From positions 15,440,001 through 15,504,000 of the forward strand of contig CM052817.1 of assembly GCA_028534125.1 (NCBI GenBank): DNA of 64,000 bases. Reading direction: 5' to 3'. This DNA comes from Lama glama (lineage: Eukaryota). Shown here piece after piece: positions 39,382 through 51,920 of the stretch (positions are counted from its first letter, which is position 1; each line of letters starts with the position of its first letter). The position numbers and the translations under genes are program-made. The notes below the pieces were generated by a model, which worked only from the letters and a program-made list of their open reading frames with translations, was not told where the DNA came from and made no database searches.

Positions 39382-42300
39382 CTTAATTATACTGTTATTT
39401 TTCCTTACATAGATCTCTACCTTGTCATATATTTACTTGAAGCTAGTAATCATAGATATTTTTAAGTCTGTGTCTAATAATTTCAATTTGTGCATCTCCC
39501 ATGGATCTATTTCCAATTCTCACTTTATTCTCTTCAATTTTCAGTTGATTATCGTCTTTCAATATACCATTTTACATTTAATTATCAGTACTGCATAAAA
39601 ATTACAGTAAAAATGATGTGATGTAATAGATAACATTACATTCCTCCTGATGAGATTTGCATTTCCTTCTCCCTACCTACAATATTAAAAGCAAATCACC
39701 TTAACTGAATCAGTAATTGAACTGTTAAGAGATCTGGCTTAGTCTATCTCTGTTTGATATTATTGCCAGGATGTAGGCAGCCTTCTTAGCCTTCAGCTAT
39801 CATTCTGGCTTTCAGAATTGAGGATAAGTCAAGGAGGAAAATATTCCAAAACCTGGATTCACCTCTCTGGACTTGCCTTATTGTCAAAATCTTCAGCCTG
39901 AAAATTCTCACTGCTTCGAAAAGCTTGATCGAAATTTCAAAGTCGTATTTTACACACACGATTTGTCCTTTTGTTTGTTTGTTTATTTGTTTTTTATCAT
40001 CAGGAGTTGATTCAGAACAATATTCCCTTATTTGTGGATAGAGAATGCTTAAAACTTTTGTGCAAAATTTCATTTTATTTTCAAATTAATACAATTGTTT
40101 ACTGTTTGCAAATAGTATCTATTCTTCCATATGTGTACATGTATATCTATATATGTTTATTTCTATCCATCTAATATTTGTTTTAAATATTCTTTATATG
40201 GTAATGTCAGTGGCTAGAAAGATGCTTCCATTTCATCCTGTGGCTTCTCATCCTCACTAACACATCAAAATATAGCTCCAGGAATCAAAATATCCCATTT
40301 CCAGAAGTCAGTAAATGAGGAGTTAAGTGAGCAATGAGTGTGTTAACCTCAAGATGTTGTATACCAGTTTTATAGTTTAGAAGCTGATTGCTATAGAAAT
40401 GATAATGGATTAGACTAAAATTTTCCTTTGCAAATGTTACTTTCCCACATATTTTGTTGTACTCATTGACTCAGTTGTCTGCTTCTACCTAATTACATCT
40501 CAGCACTGAACCAGGGAGAATAGATCCTGAATTCACAGATGCTAGAGGAGAGAAACGGAATATAAATAAAAATTATATTAAATTAAACTATATGCTATGA
40601 TAAATGATGTTAAGAGAGTTGCAGACTCTCTGCAAGATATCATCTGCTTCATTTGACATAATTTATGAAGTTAATCTAGCCCTCAATATTAGCATATGAA
40701 TAACTGTGCCATTTATTGCATGCTTAGAAGTGCCCTCTGAACACAAAAGGGAAAACTGGGCAAAATAAATGATCTAACATGTTTTTCAAAATATAGGACA
40801 TGTGGTTCCAGAGTAAGAAATTAAATAATTTTAAATCACAGACTGAAAGAGTTATTCCCTTTTAAATTTTTCTTTTAATATTGATGATCTCAAGAGATAA
40901 CCTTGGTTTAATTTTTGTTAGTTTTAAGGCACCTTAAACTAACTGCTAATCCTTTCTCTTAACAAAGAAAGTGCAGACTCTCAGCTCTGAGCATTTGGCA
41001 GGCTGCAGTATTTAGCTGGAGTTTAACGGCATTGCCCTTCCTTGTTTTGTTTCTATTGCAAGTGTTTGTAACGTTGCTTTTTATTTATCACAAGCAGTAC
41101 AAGTTGTCCTTCTGTGGCAGTGATTTTTTTTTTCACTTTGAATTACATGAGATTTTCAGTTTTCAGCCATTTTGGGCCTAGAAAAACATCAATTTATGTC
41201 TCAAACTAATTATAATTGTATAGGTTTTATGTGACAAGGAAAAACTGTGATGCTGTTATGGCAATGTCTGAAATCTGGGAATATTGATATCACAATGAGC
41301 CCCTTTGACAGGAGCTCACATGATTACCAGTGAACAAGAAGAACTTCTTCTTCTGGCCTCTTCTTCATGTGTTCAAATCCTTTTTTAACAAGGAGAGTGA
41401 TGCACACTTTGATTCTAGCCTTGGAGCTAGTGATGACCCATATAGTGTCATTCTCTAATCGAGCATATTAATTCAGTAGATATTAAAAAGAACTAGCAAA
41501 ATTAGAGGTTGAACTTTGTGCCATGGGCCATGAGCCCAAACATGACTTCAATATATAATTGGTTGGCATATCCAAAACTTTGAGAGAAATTTGCTTTATA
41601 AGACAAAATGCATACTGTTCTAATTAAAACCACAATGTGAACTGAGCAAAGACCAGAGGGGGGAAAAATACTTAGCAAAGTTGATCCTCATCCATTACCA
41701 AGCCTCCATAAACAAAAGCTTTGTTTCTATTATAAGTCAGCTGTTTAGTCTTATTTCTAGATGAGTTATATCAAGAAGCTGTGGAAGGAAATTGTTCACA
41801 ATCTAAGAGCCTGGTACAGAATACAAATGGAAATAATTCAGAGCTATCAATATATAACCTCTGAAAATGGGATCTCAGTGCTAAAAATCAGAAAGTGATG
41901 AGATTAAAAAGCAAATTATGAATGTATTTCAAAAACGTGAGAAAATGACAATGAAAGGGAACTTGAGGGGGAGTTTCTTAAAAGAAGGATAATTAACTTC
42001 TATATCACTAGACCATCTATTCTCATCCAGAGAATTCACCCAGCCCTCTCACCTGTGGCCATGAAAATTGATGCAGTGTTACATATATATTTTAAATGTA
42101 AAATGAAGGAAGAAAATAAATAACTGAGGCCACAGTTTCCAAACCAAGAGAAAGAGAAAATGGAACATCGTAAAACTACAGAAGCAAAGAGGAAAATCAA
42201 TAAAATTCAATGCAGCACATCTTCCCGCTCACTTCTGAGCACACAAAGTCCGCTCATCTGGAATGCATCAGGTGTATGGTGTGTGCTATAAATCTTTCAG

Positions 42301-43599
42301 CTCTTCAGAAATATGATCTATCATTAGAAGTGCTGAAAAATACCAGTTGGCTTCACTAATTGTGGTTTTTGCTTTCTTCCAAACTTGGGTATTGACCAGC
42401 ACCCTGGGGGCTTTGGATCCATGTTAAGAGTCAACAGGAGAGTCAGGGAGAATGTAGACACTAAGAACAGTGTTCTTCATGAAAATTGCTGGTTCTCACT
42501 CTCACAATCCTCACTCAGAGAATCTGAGAGTGTATCATCTCTTCTACTCCTTTCGAGGGTGGAGCAATGCCATTTCTATACCAGGATATTTAGGTACCAC
42601 ATCCTCATTCCATCCCTGGTGATTGAATATTCTCATAACCTCAAAATTACTAAGAAGAGTAATTCCCAGGATTAACTTTTCATCAGAATCATCCAGAAAG
42701 GTTTTTTTAATTAACATAAATTAATGAGCACTAACTTCAGCCTAAATAAATGATACTATCTAAGAGTTTTCATGAATCTGCATTTAAAAAAATAGGATAT
42801 TCTGATATAGCCAGTCGTAGAATCACATTTGGGTACCATTGTATAAAATACTCATCTCTCCCCTTTGTGTTTATAATGGGCAAGAGTCATTATCATTCTT
42901 CTCTACCTTTGGACAAAACAAATCTCTATAAAACCTTTCTCATCTCCATAAAAATGTGTGAGAATGCCTCACCTTAATTAGTCTCCTTCAAATATCTTCT
43001 TAAAATATCTCACCCATTTTCCTTCACTTTCTTCCTACATCCTAATGTCTTATGCCTATTAAGTTCCAATATAAACATTACACTATATAAATAATCCCTA
43101 GTCCTGAAGGTTGGCTCACCTTTACTGGCATCACATTTCTCCTAGCTTGAATATATATTAAGAAAACTAGAAACATATTTCTACCATTGAGCCTAATAGA
43201 CTGACAAAAAAAACTGTTTTAAAATTCTTAGCCATCAAGCATTATATTAAAAAAAAAAGGCAAACTGCAATATTCCAAATTTCCCAAGTGGCTCATTATA
43301 AGCATTTCTTCATGTTACTTAGAGACATTACAGAGGATTCCAATAATATCCCTGTGTTTGTATCAAGGCTCTAGCAGAGTTCACTGCAGTGTTTCCTGCT
43401 GGCTGGGCTTTTGTCTAGTAAGGATGCTCTAGTGGGATGCTCTGTTGTATGGCCTAAGGGGGAAGGTACGGACTCTCTTCCACACTTCAGTTCTTGATTA
43501 GACATGCTACTTCCACGGCTCCTTCCTGCTTTATTCTACTTTTTGCGTATATTGTGATGGGTTCAAGATGCCAAACCATATTTTTTACTACACCCTGCA

Positions 43600-43810
43600 T
43601 TATGAGTTCCTTGGCTAGGTAGAAAGTGATATGAACAACTCAGGTGGCCTGGACTCATCTCTGTCAATAATAAGCAATATGGCAGTGTCAGCCACTTACT
43701 TCTCTGGTCCTTAATATCTTTAACTGTCAACAGATGGCATTTAACTTTAAACTGCAGCTTTAAACTGTTTCTTTAGATGTATGGAATAATATATCAAACA
43801 TTCCTGAAAT
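43600..43810 (+). mobile_element. MIR fragments
   Basis: gtggcctggactcatctctg...ccacttacttctctggtcctt. Weak match. Confidence 0.4.
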
Positions 43811-43864
43811 GGGACATTAACAAACCAATAGCAAACTCTTTCATATGAAAAACCCTTTCTCTCC

Positions 43865-44395
43865 ATCAGAATAGTAGCAAAAGTAACCATAAGGTAACTA
43901 TCCTGAATTACTGTGTATCATTATCTTGTTTGCTTTTAGAGTTTTAAAATGTGTTTACGTCTTTAACTATATACTCTTGGTTTTATACACTTTGAAAATT
44001 TATATAAATGGTTGCACAACTTATACTCTTATGTGACTGGTTTTTGTCCATTATTATTCTTATATCAATAAAGACCAAAATGTATACATTCAGTCTCCTG
44101 TTGACAAATATTTGGATTGGGTTCAACTACTGCTGTAAAATTTCTTATATACCTCTCTTGATGCCCGCGTGCATGAACTTCTCAAGTGTATTTATTATAA
44201 AGAAACATTTTAGAATCTTAGTGTATACTCACCTTCAATTTTACCAGGTAATACCAAATTACTTTCAAAAGTTGTTGTTTTAATGCATAATTCAACCAGC
44301 AGTGTGTGAAAATCCCTGTTATTCTAAATCTCATCAATACTAGTTATTCCAAATTTTTTATGTTTTGTCAGTTTGATGGGTTAAAATTTTATCTT
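43865..44395 (-). mobile_element. Ancient L1 3' region, antisense; resumes at about 45685-46040
   Basis: aaggtaactatcctga and accagcagtgtgtgaaa...gtttgatggg. The consensus continues with aatttgcaattccctgatgacta near 45695. Confidence 0.75.
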
Positions 44396-44565
44396 CCCTG
44401 AACTATCAGTAGCAATCAGACATACTCTGTTGCAAATGAAAACTCACAGAGCCCCAAATGATAATACTACAAATCTACATTTTGTTGCAGGAAAATAATA
44501 CAAAATAGCAAGAAAATTAAAGTGAGGGTATACACCAAAAGTCAAAGGCTGCTTATAATAAGAAG

Positions 44566-44955
44566 TCCATGTCTTGGCTATTGTAAATAGACACATGCAC
44601 CTCAGTGTTCATAGCAGCACTATGTACAATAGCCAAGACATGGAAACAATCTAAATGTCCATTAACACATGACTGGACAAAGAAGATGTGGTGTATATAT
44701 ACAATGGAATATTATTCAGCCATAAAATAGAATAAAATAATGCCATTTGCAGCAACATGGACAGACCTGGAGATCATCATTCTAAGTAAAGTAAGCCAGA
44801 AAAAGAAATAAAAATGCCATATGATATCACTTATACGTGAAATCTATAAAAAGGACACATATGAACTTATCTACAAAACGGGAACAGACTCACAGACATA
44901 AAGAACAAACTTATAGTTACCAGGGAGGTGGGAAAGGAAAAATTGGGAATTTGAA
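44566..44955 (+). mobile_element. Young L1 fragment with a 25-bp inverted 5' piece and no poly(A)
   Basis: gtgttcatagcagcac, aatgccatttgcagcaacatgg and acagactcacagacata. 44566-44590 is the reverse complement of 44620-44644. Confidence 0.9.
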
Positions 44956-44957
44956 AA

Positions 44958-45121
44958 GTGCACCTCTTGGGGAGTGATGGAATTGTTAGCTATCTTGATT
45001 GCAGTAATGTAGTGGTTTCATTGGTGTAGACATCCAACAAAATTCACCAAAGTGTAAATCTGAAGTATGTGCAGTTTACTGTACAGGAACCATACCACAA
45101 TTAAGGTGTTAAAAAATAAAA
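44958..45121 (+). mobile_element. Old L1 (L1ME-like) 3' end
   Basis: ggggagtgatggaattgtt...tatcttgattg...aaaattcaccaa...atgtgcagtttactgta. Confidence 0.75.
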
Positions 45122-46042
45122 GTTATCAGAAACCTGAAAAAAATATATATGCTTTTAAAGGTGGCTTCACTATAACTCTATTAACAACTAACTCTGTGGT
45201 CTTAAAAAAAAAAGGAAATATTTCTACCTCCAAAAAAAAAAAAAGAGAAGTCCGGGAAAGACAGACATGGAGGAATGGATTCCGATTGTCCTCTCTCTGT
45301 AAGGGTCATAACAAACGCACTTTTTTCTCCCAGGTAGGAACCACACACCTGTGCATGGCACACCTCAGAAAAAGGGAGCCCAAAGAGTGTTTCATCCCAG
45401 TACCTTCTTGATCAGATAGGTACAGCTTCTGTGCATAACAATCCCAGTGGCAGAGCCCTTCAGGGTCCTCACCAAAACCAAGTACAAATCTCAGTGGCCT
45501 TGTTATTAATAAACAATGATGACAAGCTCGTATAAATCACCCAAAACTCCTTGGACCCATGATTAAAAAAAAAAGCAACATTATTAATCAGTATGTTTCG
45601 TACCTTCTCTGAGAATCAATGTTGTACTGACACATTTTTATCTTAGTAAAACAGCTCAGGCTAGTTCCAGACCTCTGTACATCATCATTCTTGCAATTTG
45701 CAATTCCCTGATGACTAATAGATAAATTCATGTATTTACTGGCTACTTGAAATTGCTCTCCTATGAAATTCCTATTCTGGCCTTTTGATTATTTTTTTCC
45801 TAAGTGCTTTTTTTTTATTTTTTATGTTGATTTTTAGGAATCTTTTACGTATTTTGGATACTAATTCTTTACTACAATTTACTCTATCATCTGCAGATTC
45901 AAATTGTCATTTATTGACCATCTCATTCTCTCATAGTTTCAACCCTCCTTTTATATTTTTGCTTTTTTTACTACATTTCAAATGTGTTACTCGAATTCAT
46001 CTTCTAACTCACTAATTATCTTTTCAGTTGTGTTTAACTCAT

Positions 46043-46566
46043 TGTATTTGTTAACTAGTTAATTTATTACATTAGAAACAACCCAAAACTCAGTAGCATT
46101 ATCAATGACAGTTTACTGTCACCCAAAGGTCTATGGGTGTCTGGAGATCAGCTGATGGAGGCTGAACTCAGCTCAAAACTCTGTTAATCCAAGATAATAT
46201 GTGGATTGTTGGGGGTCGGTGGATTTAGGCTTAGCATGGCTAGGAAAACTTGATTGCCGTGACTCTGGTCCAACTGGTTCTCATTCCTGACCTATTCTTC
46301 TAACGATGATGACAGGGGCAAAGGAAGGCCAAAGGAAACATGAAAAACCTCGTAAGGCCTGAATTCAGAACTGGCCCTCCTCACTTCCACTTTAGAATAT
46401 TAGCTAGAATTACTGTGACTGAAGACATAGTTAAGATGGAAGAAAATATACCTCAGCCTAAGTGGAGGAACTTTCAAGTCCTGTAACAAATGGTATTAAT
46501 ATATGGAAGACAAATGGTATTAATATAGGAAGACTGAAAAGTTAGCTAGTTACACAATCTACCACA
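46043..46566 (-). mobile_element. MaLR LTR (MLT1G/H-like)
   Basis: aacccaaaactcagtagc, ggcctgaattcagaactggc...cacttccac and the end caatctaccaca. Confidence 0.8.
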
Positions 46567-46578
46567 TTCATACAGAGT

Positions 46579-46993
46579 TGTGATGGTTAATATTATGTGT
46601 CAACTTGGCTGGGCCACAGGGCCCAGATATTGGGGGTCAAATTGAGATTTCTGGGAGGGCGTTTTTGAATGAGATTAACATTTAAATCAGTGAACTTCGA
46701 GTAAAGCACATTGTCCTTGTAGCTGAGTGAGACTCATCCAATCAGCTGAAGACCTGAATAGGACAAAAGACTGACGTTCCTGGAACAAAAAGGAATTCTG
46801 CCAGGAGATGGACTTAGGACTTGATCTGCAACATCAGCCCTTCCCTGATCTCCAGACTGCTGGCTCGCTCAGCAGCTTTTGGGCATGCCAATGTCCACAG
46901 TTGTGTGAGCCATTCTTTCAAATCAATAATATATACACACATATATCTACATCCTATCCTACTGGTTCTATAATTCTGAAGAACCTTGATACA
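46579..46993 (+). mobile_element. ERVL solo LTR (MLT2)
   Basis: Starts tgtgatggttaatattatgtgtcaacttggctgggcca and ends gaaccttgataca. Exact 5-bp TSD AGAGT at 46574-46578 and 46994-46998. Confidence 0.93.
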
Positions 46994-47259
46994 AGAGTTT
47001 TATTTTTTTTAATCTCAGCTCCTTTATTCTTATTTGTAGAGTTATATCAAATTATTTTTCAATATTTGCTTAATCAGTTTGATTCTATTTGATCTCTTTA
47101 AATACATAATATATATGTAATACATTTAACATTGCATATTTTAATATATATGTGATATGTTTAGCATTCATTCTGCTATAAGATCTGAAGTCTTTGCTTA
47201 TCTGAGTCTGCTTATCTGAGATTTTTGTGCTGACCTCCATTTTGTCTGATTTCTTTTTA

Positions 47260-49195
47260 ATCTGGTTCCCTGCAAGATTTTATCTTTGTATTTAATTTTC
47301 TTCAGTTTGAATATGATACGCCTTGGTGTAGCTTAACCAAAATTATTTTATTTTTTGAGTATTTATCCTACTTGGTGTATGCTGAGCTCCCTAGATCCTT
47401 GTGATTTTGTGTCTATATAAATTTTGGGAAATTCTCAGCTATTATTACTTCAAAAATTTCTTCTGGTTTTCTTTCTTTCTTCTCCTCCTGGTATTCCGAT
47501 ACACACATGTTCTACCTCCTGGAATAGTGCCTCAGTTCTTAGTCTGTTCCATTTTTCAAAATTATTTTTTCCAGTTTGTATTTCAGTTTTGGAAGTTCCT
47601 ACAGACATATCTTCAAGTTCACTGATTCTTTCCTCAACCATGTCCATTCTGTTGATGAGCTCATCAAAAATGTTCTTTTTTTTCTATTAGTGTTTTTGAT
47701 TTCTGGCATTTCCTTTGGATTCTTGCTTAGAGTTTTAAAATCTCTGTTTACATTGCCATCTGTTCCTGTATGTTGTGTGCCTCTCCATTACAGTCTTAGC
47801 ATTTTTTAAATTGAAGTACAGTCAGTTACAATGTGCCAATTTTTGGTGTACAACACAATGTCTCAATCATGCATATGTATACATATATTCATTTTCATAT
47901 TCTTTTTCATTAAAGGTTATTATAAGATATTGAATATAGTTCCCTGTGCTATACAGAAGAAATTTCTTTTTATCTATTTTTATATATAGTGGTTAACCTT
48001 TGCAAATCTCAAACTCTCAGATTTATCCCTTCCCACCCCCTTTACCCCAGAGTCCTTAGCATTTTAATCAAAGTTATTTTAAATTTCTTATCTGATAATT
48101 CCAAAATCTCTGTTATATCTGAGTTTGATTTTGATGCATGCTTCATTTTTTTAAAACTGTGTTTTTAGCCTTTTGTTATGCCTCATAATTTTTTCGGTAG
48201 AAACCTAGAAGTGATATATCACATAAAAGGAACTGAGTAAATAGGCCTTTAGTGTGAGGTCTTTGTGTCTGTTTGTCTGGGAATTAGTCTCCTTACTATT
48301 TGCCTTAGCTGTAGGTGTCAGAATGTAAAATTTTCTCTACTGTTCTTATTTTTGCCTCATATGATGTTATTGGGCTTCCCCAGAGACTCCTTCTTAAATA
48401 GGATCTAAGGCATCCAGTTAATTTAGTTGAAATCTGCTGTTATTATGGAGAAGGCTGACTGATGTGGTGGTAAGGTATGGAAAGAAAGGAAGCATTCTGT
48501 AATCCAATAATTAACTATCTGCTTTTAGTGAGCATATGCCCATTGGCTGTGATTCTCAAAGTGGTTTTCAACTTTTTTTTTTCCTCTCTCTTAGGTGACA
48601 CAGGAAGGCCAGAGGGGGTTGAAGTTAAATATTCCACTTCCTCCAGGGCAATGAGGTACTGGTAAAATTCAGGTTGGTTAGGTTAGGTTATGGTAAAAAT
48701 GGTGTCTTTTGAGGACTGAGCGAACTCCTTATTTGAGGAGAAGAGGATGCTCTGGCTGTGTTTCAAAATGGTTACTTTCTCTTTCCCCACCAGAGTGTGA
48801 GGGGAGTTTTCTCCCATCTTCACTCTGAGGTGAAGGTGGTAGAGCTCCAGGAGGTAAAACTCACAGAAGTGTGCAGTACCCCCACCAAGGCCAGGCCCCA
48901 GCAGCTCTTAACTCTGAAGCTAGTCCAGACTCAGCCTCTGGAAATTCATCAATCACATTTTAGGTGCACTTATGAGTACTGGCTCCAGAGGCAGGCCTAT
49001 GTTCTAGATAAGCAAAAGGTAATATGATTTTTAGTATCTAATTCTCTCTCTAGTTTTTAGGATACCAGTTTGCTCTGTGACCTCAACTACCTGATGGATC
49101 TAAAGAAAGTGGTTGACTTTCACTTTGTTCAGCTTTTTGCTCATGACAACAGGAGGGATAACTTCAAAGATCTTTATATGTTTGATCAGGAATCA
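47260..49195 (-). mobile_element. Ancient L1 5' region (5' UTR and ORF1 remnant; L1MC/L1MD-like)
   Basis: ORF 47450-47647(-) encodes EERISELED...IGIPGGEE, the L1 ORF1p coiled-coil/RRM junction. Confidence 0.85.
47806..48050 (-). mobile_element. Short young L1 3' end
   Basis: ttgaagtacagtcagttacaatg...atagttccctgtgctatac...tgcaaatctcaaactc. TSD cttagcatttt at 47795-47805 and 48055-48065. Confidence 0.92.
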
Positions 49196-50009
49196 CATGC
49201 CTTATTTCTTCATGAGCTTCTTTTTAATTTTTCTGTAATTTTATATTCCTTTGGAGTTTTACCTATGGAATTCTATAACATCTGTGCTGAGAATGCATTC
49301 ATTGAGAGAGGATTTGCATTTGCTTCTGCCAGACCCTTGAGGGAACACTAGCCCGGGAATATTTTACATAATTTCTTGACTCAGGACTTTTAGGTACTGC
49401 AGGTCTTAATTCTCAGCTTGTGTAGAAGCTAATATGTAGTTAAGAACTTTCAAAGTAAACTTTAAAAATTTTATCTCACCTAAGACTCAAGGCTGGAATT
49501 GACAAGTCTCTTTGCTTTTTCCCCTCAGATGGAGTATATTTTTCTAAATCATCTTTTATTTTTCTCCTGAGGGCGTGTCCTGTCATGAATCCCAGCTATA
49601 AGGGTGAATGTTGTGACTCTGCAAGACCCTTTCTCCTCTTCTCCACAAGATTGCTAAAAGAAAAGCTGTAGCTTACTGGGAATCTACAAATGCTTTTACA
49701 AAATCCTCCGTTTTATATTATATTGTATTTCTGTTTACTTTTTTCTGTCTGTTGAGAACTTCTTCTATCTTACTGAGTACTAACATATACATTAAACAAT
49801 TTTTTTAATTTCCATTTTTTGTAAAAGAAATGTCTTCAGGGTACCTAGCCCACAATATAGCTAGGAATAAAAGTCTAGTTCAGCTTGCATCTGTTTTATA
49901 TACTAACATTTTAAAAAATAATATATTTTGGGAAAATGTTTCCATGTTTGCAAAAATGTTAAAAATCATTAAATTAGAAAATATCCGTGTTTCCTCATCT
50001 AAATTCAGC

Positions 50010-50240
50010 ATTAGGGTTAAAACTGTGAGCTTCAGAGTCAGACGGAGTTTGATTTCCACCTCTGCTAATTATTCGAGCGACTGTAGACTAGTTACTGAAG
50101 CTTTCTGTGCTTTTATTTCTTAATCTTTAAAATGAGGATGATAATAGCACCTACCTCATAGGATCAAGTGGAGGTTTGATGAACCAACATACATAAAAAC
50201 ACCTAAAATTGTGACTGCCATATAGTAAGCATTCAGTAAA
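50010..50240 (+). mobile_element. MIR SINE
   Basis: tcagagtcagac and taaaatgaggatgataatagcacctacctcatagg. Confidence 0.88.
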
Positions 50241-50319
50241 CCTCTACTACTACATTGATAGTATTTTGTATTTTATAGTATTCATTATTGCTGTTGTTTT
50301 GGGGTCATTCCTGGTTAGC

Positions 50320-50689
50320 TGTTATGGATTGAATGTGTCCCCCCAAAATTCATATTGAAGCTGTAACCCCCAATGTGGTGGTATTTGGAGGTGGGAGGTA
50401 ATTAAGTTTAGATGAAGTCATGAGGGTTGTGCCCTTCTAGGAAGAAGAAGAGACATTAGGGCTCTGGCTCTGTCTCCGTCTCTATCTCTGTCTCTGTCTC
50501 TCTCTCCAGAAGCACACACTGAGAGAAGACATCTGTCTACAAACAAGGAAGCAGGCCCGCAACAGACACTGAATCTGCAGACACCTCGATCTTGGATTTC
50601 CTAGCACTGAACTATTAGAAATCTTTTTCTGTTGTTTTAGCCACCCAGTCTGTGGTATTTTGCTTTAGTAGCTTGAGCAGATTAAGATA
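50320..50689 (+). mobile_element. MaLR solo LTR (MLT1A-like)
   Basis: tgttatggattgaatgtgtccccccaaaattcata...agccacccagtctgtggtattttg. Internal (TCTCTG)n. Confidence 0.9.
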
Positions 50690-51169
50690 CTGGCTGTTTC
50701 AAGATCATCAGTAAATTTCCGTTCTTGCACTAATATGCAAGAAGAATTACCTACCTCTTTGGAATATATTGCTTGGCTGAAGTCATTACTGATAGAAGAA
50801 CATAAGCTGACCCCACACAGGGCACCTGGAAGTAAGTGCTTTTTCCAAGAATAAAAAGTGAGCACTCCCCTTCAGGTGCAGCTCTATGTACTGTCCTACA
50901 AAACTACTTTGTTCGAAACTGGTATTTTTCCTTCATCCAAGAACAGAATTGCATACCCTTTATAAAGCTGAAACTTTCTAGCTGTCCAGAGACTGAGCTG
51001 TACTGGCCTTTCCTGGTTTAATTTCTTTATACCCTTGGGCAACAAAAAGGCAGAATTTTAGGTACAATCAGCGACATGTTGTAGGGATGACACTTCCACA
51101 TCAACCTAGACTTGTATTTCCATCTCTTTTCCTAGCATCACATCGCTGAGGACCTAAACTAGCCATGTC

Positions 51170-51920
51170 ACTTGCATTCATTAATTTACTTCATGTGTTA
51201 TCTACCAATTTTACAAGAGGTGCTGTGCTAGGCCCTTGTCATACTGTGTGGATTAATAAGAAATCCTTCCTCTCAAAGAAGTCACAATCTAGGTAGGAAA
51301 CTCATCCACAACAGGAAAATATACATAGGGCCTGGTGGCGGTGAAAAAAGGCTTTACTGATTAGAAGTGATATGTTATCTAGGTCTTGAAAGTTGAGAAG
51401 GAATCTACTTGTTGGAGAGAAAAGAAAGTACATTCCAGCATTATATGCAAAGATATAGGAGTCAATCACTTGGAATAGTAAGGCTTCAGCTAGCCAACTC
51501 ATATGGCTGGAGTGTAGGAGGCACTTGGAAAGGAGGTACAATAAATGATTCTAAAAATGGAGAGCAGAGGCCCATATATGCTGAAGTTTGGGTCTATGTC
51601 TTGAGGGTAGTAGGCCTACAAAGCAGAGAATTAAGCAGAGAAGGATGTAATCAAGTTTGTTTTTAAGAAGAAAAAGGTAGTGTGAAACAGAATGCAGGAT
51701 TCTCATGTTGAACCAATTAAGGGGCAGCTACGGTGATCCAGATTTGAGCACAAGCAAGATTAGTGAAGATGGAAAACAGAAGGACTGATTTGAAAAACAT
51801 TTACAGTCAAAAATGACAGAACTAGGTGAATGATAATAAACGAAGGAGGAGAAAAGCAGGTTGGGGCTTCAGAAGGATTTCTAGTGTGGATGGTATATTT
51901 AACTGACATAGAGAACACAA
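51170..51920 (-). mobile_element. L2 fragment
   Basis: aggtgctgtgctaggc, cctctcaaagaagtcacaatctag, cattccagca and aatgacagaactaggtga. Confidence 0.75.

Larger units (their letters stand above)
34740..39720 (-). mobile_element. Ancient L1 (L1M class) antisense fragments with MIR and young L1 insertions
   Basis: cagtacaatgttgaatag, ccactttggtcagagaata, ttttactttcaacc and tcttcaaatactg. MIR at about 36170-36420. Confidence 0.8.

Noticed and set aside
47450..47647. Coiled-coil protein gene
   Set aside because: Decayed L1 ORF1p fragment.
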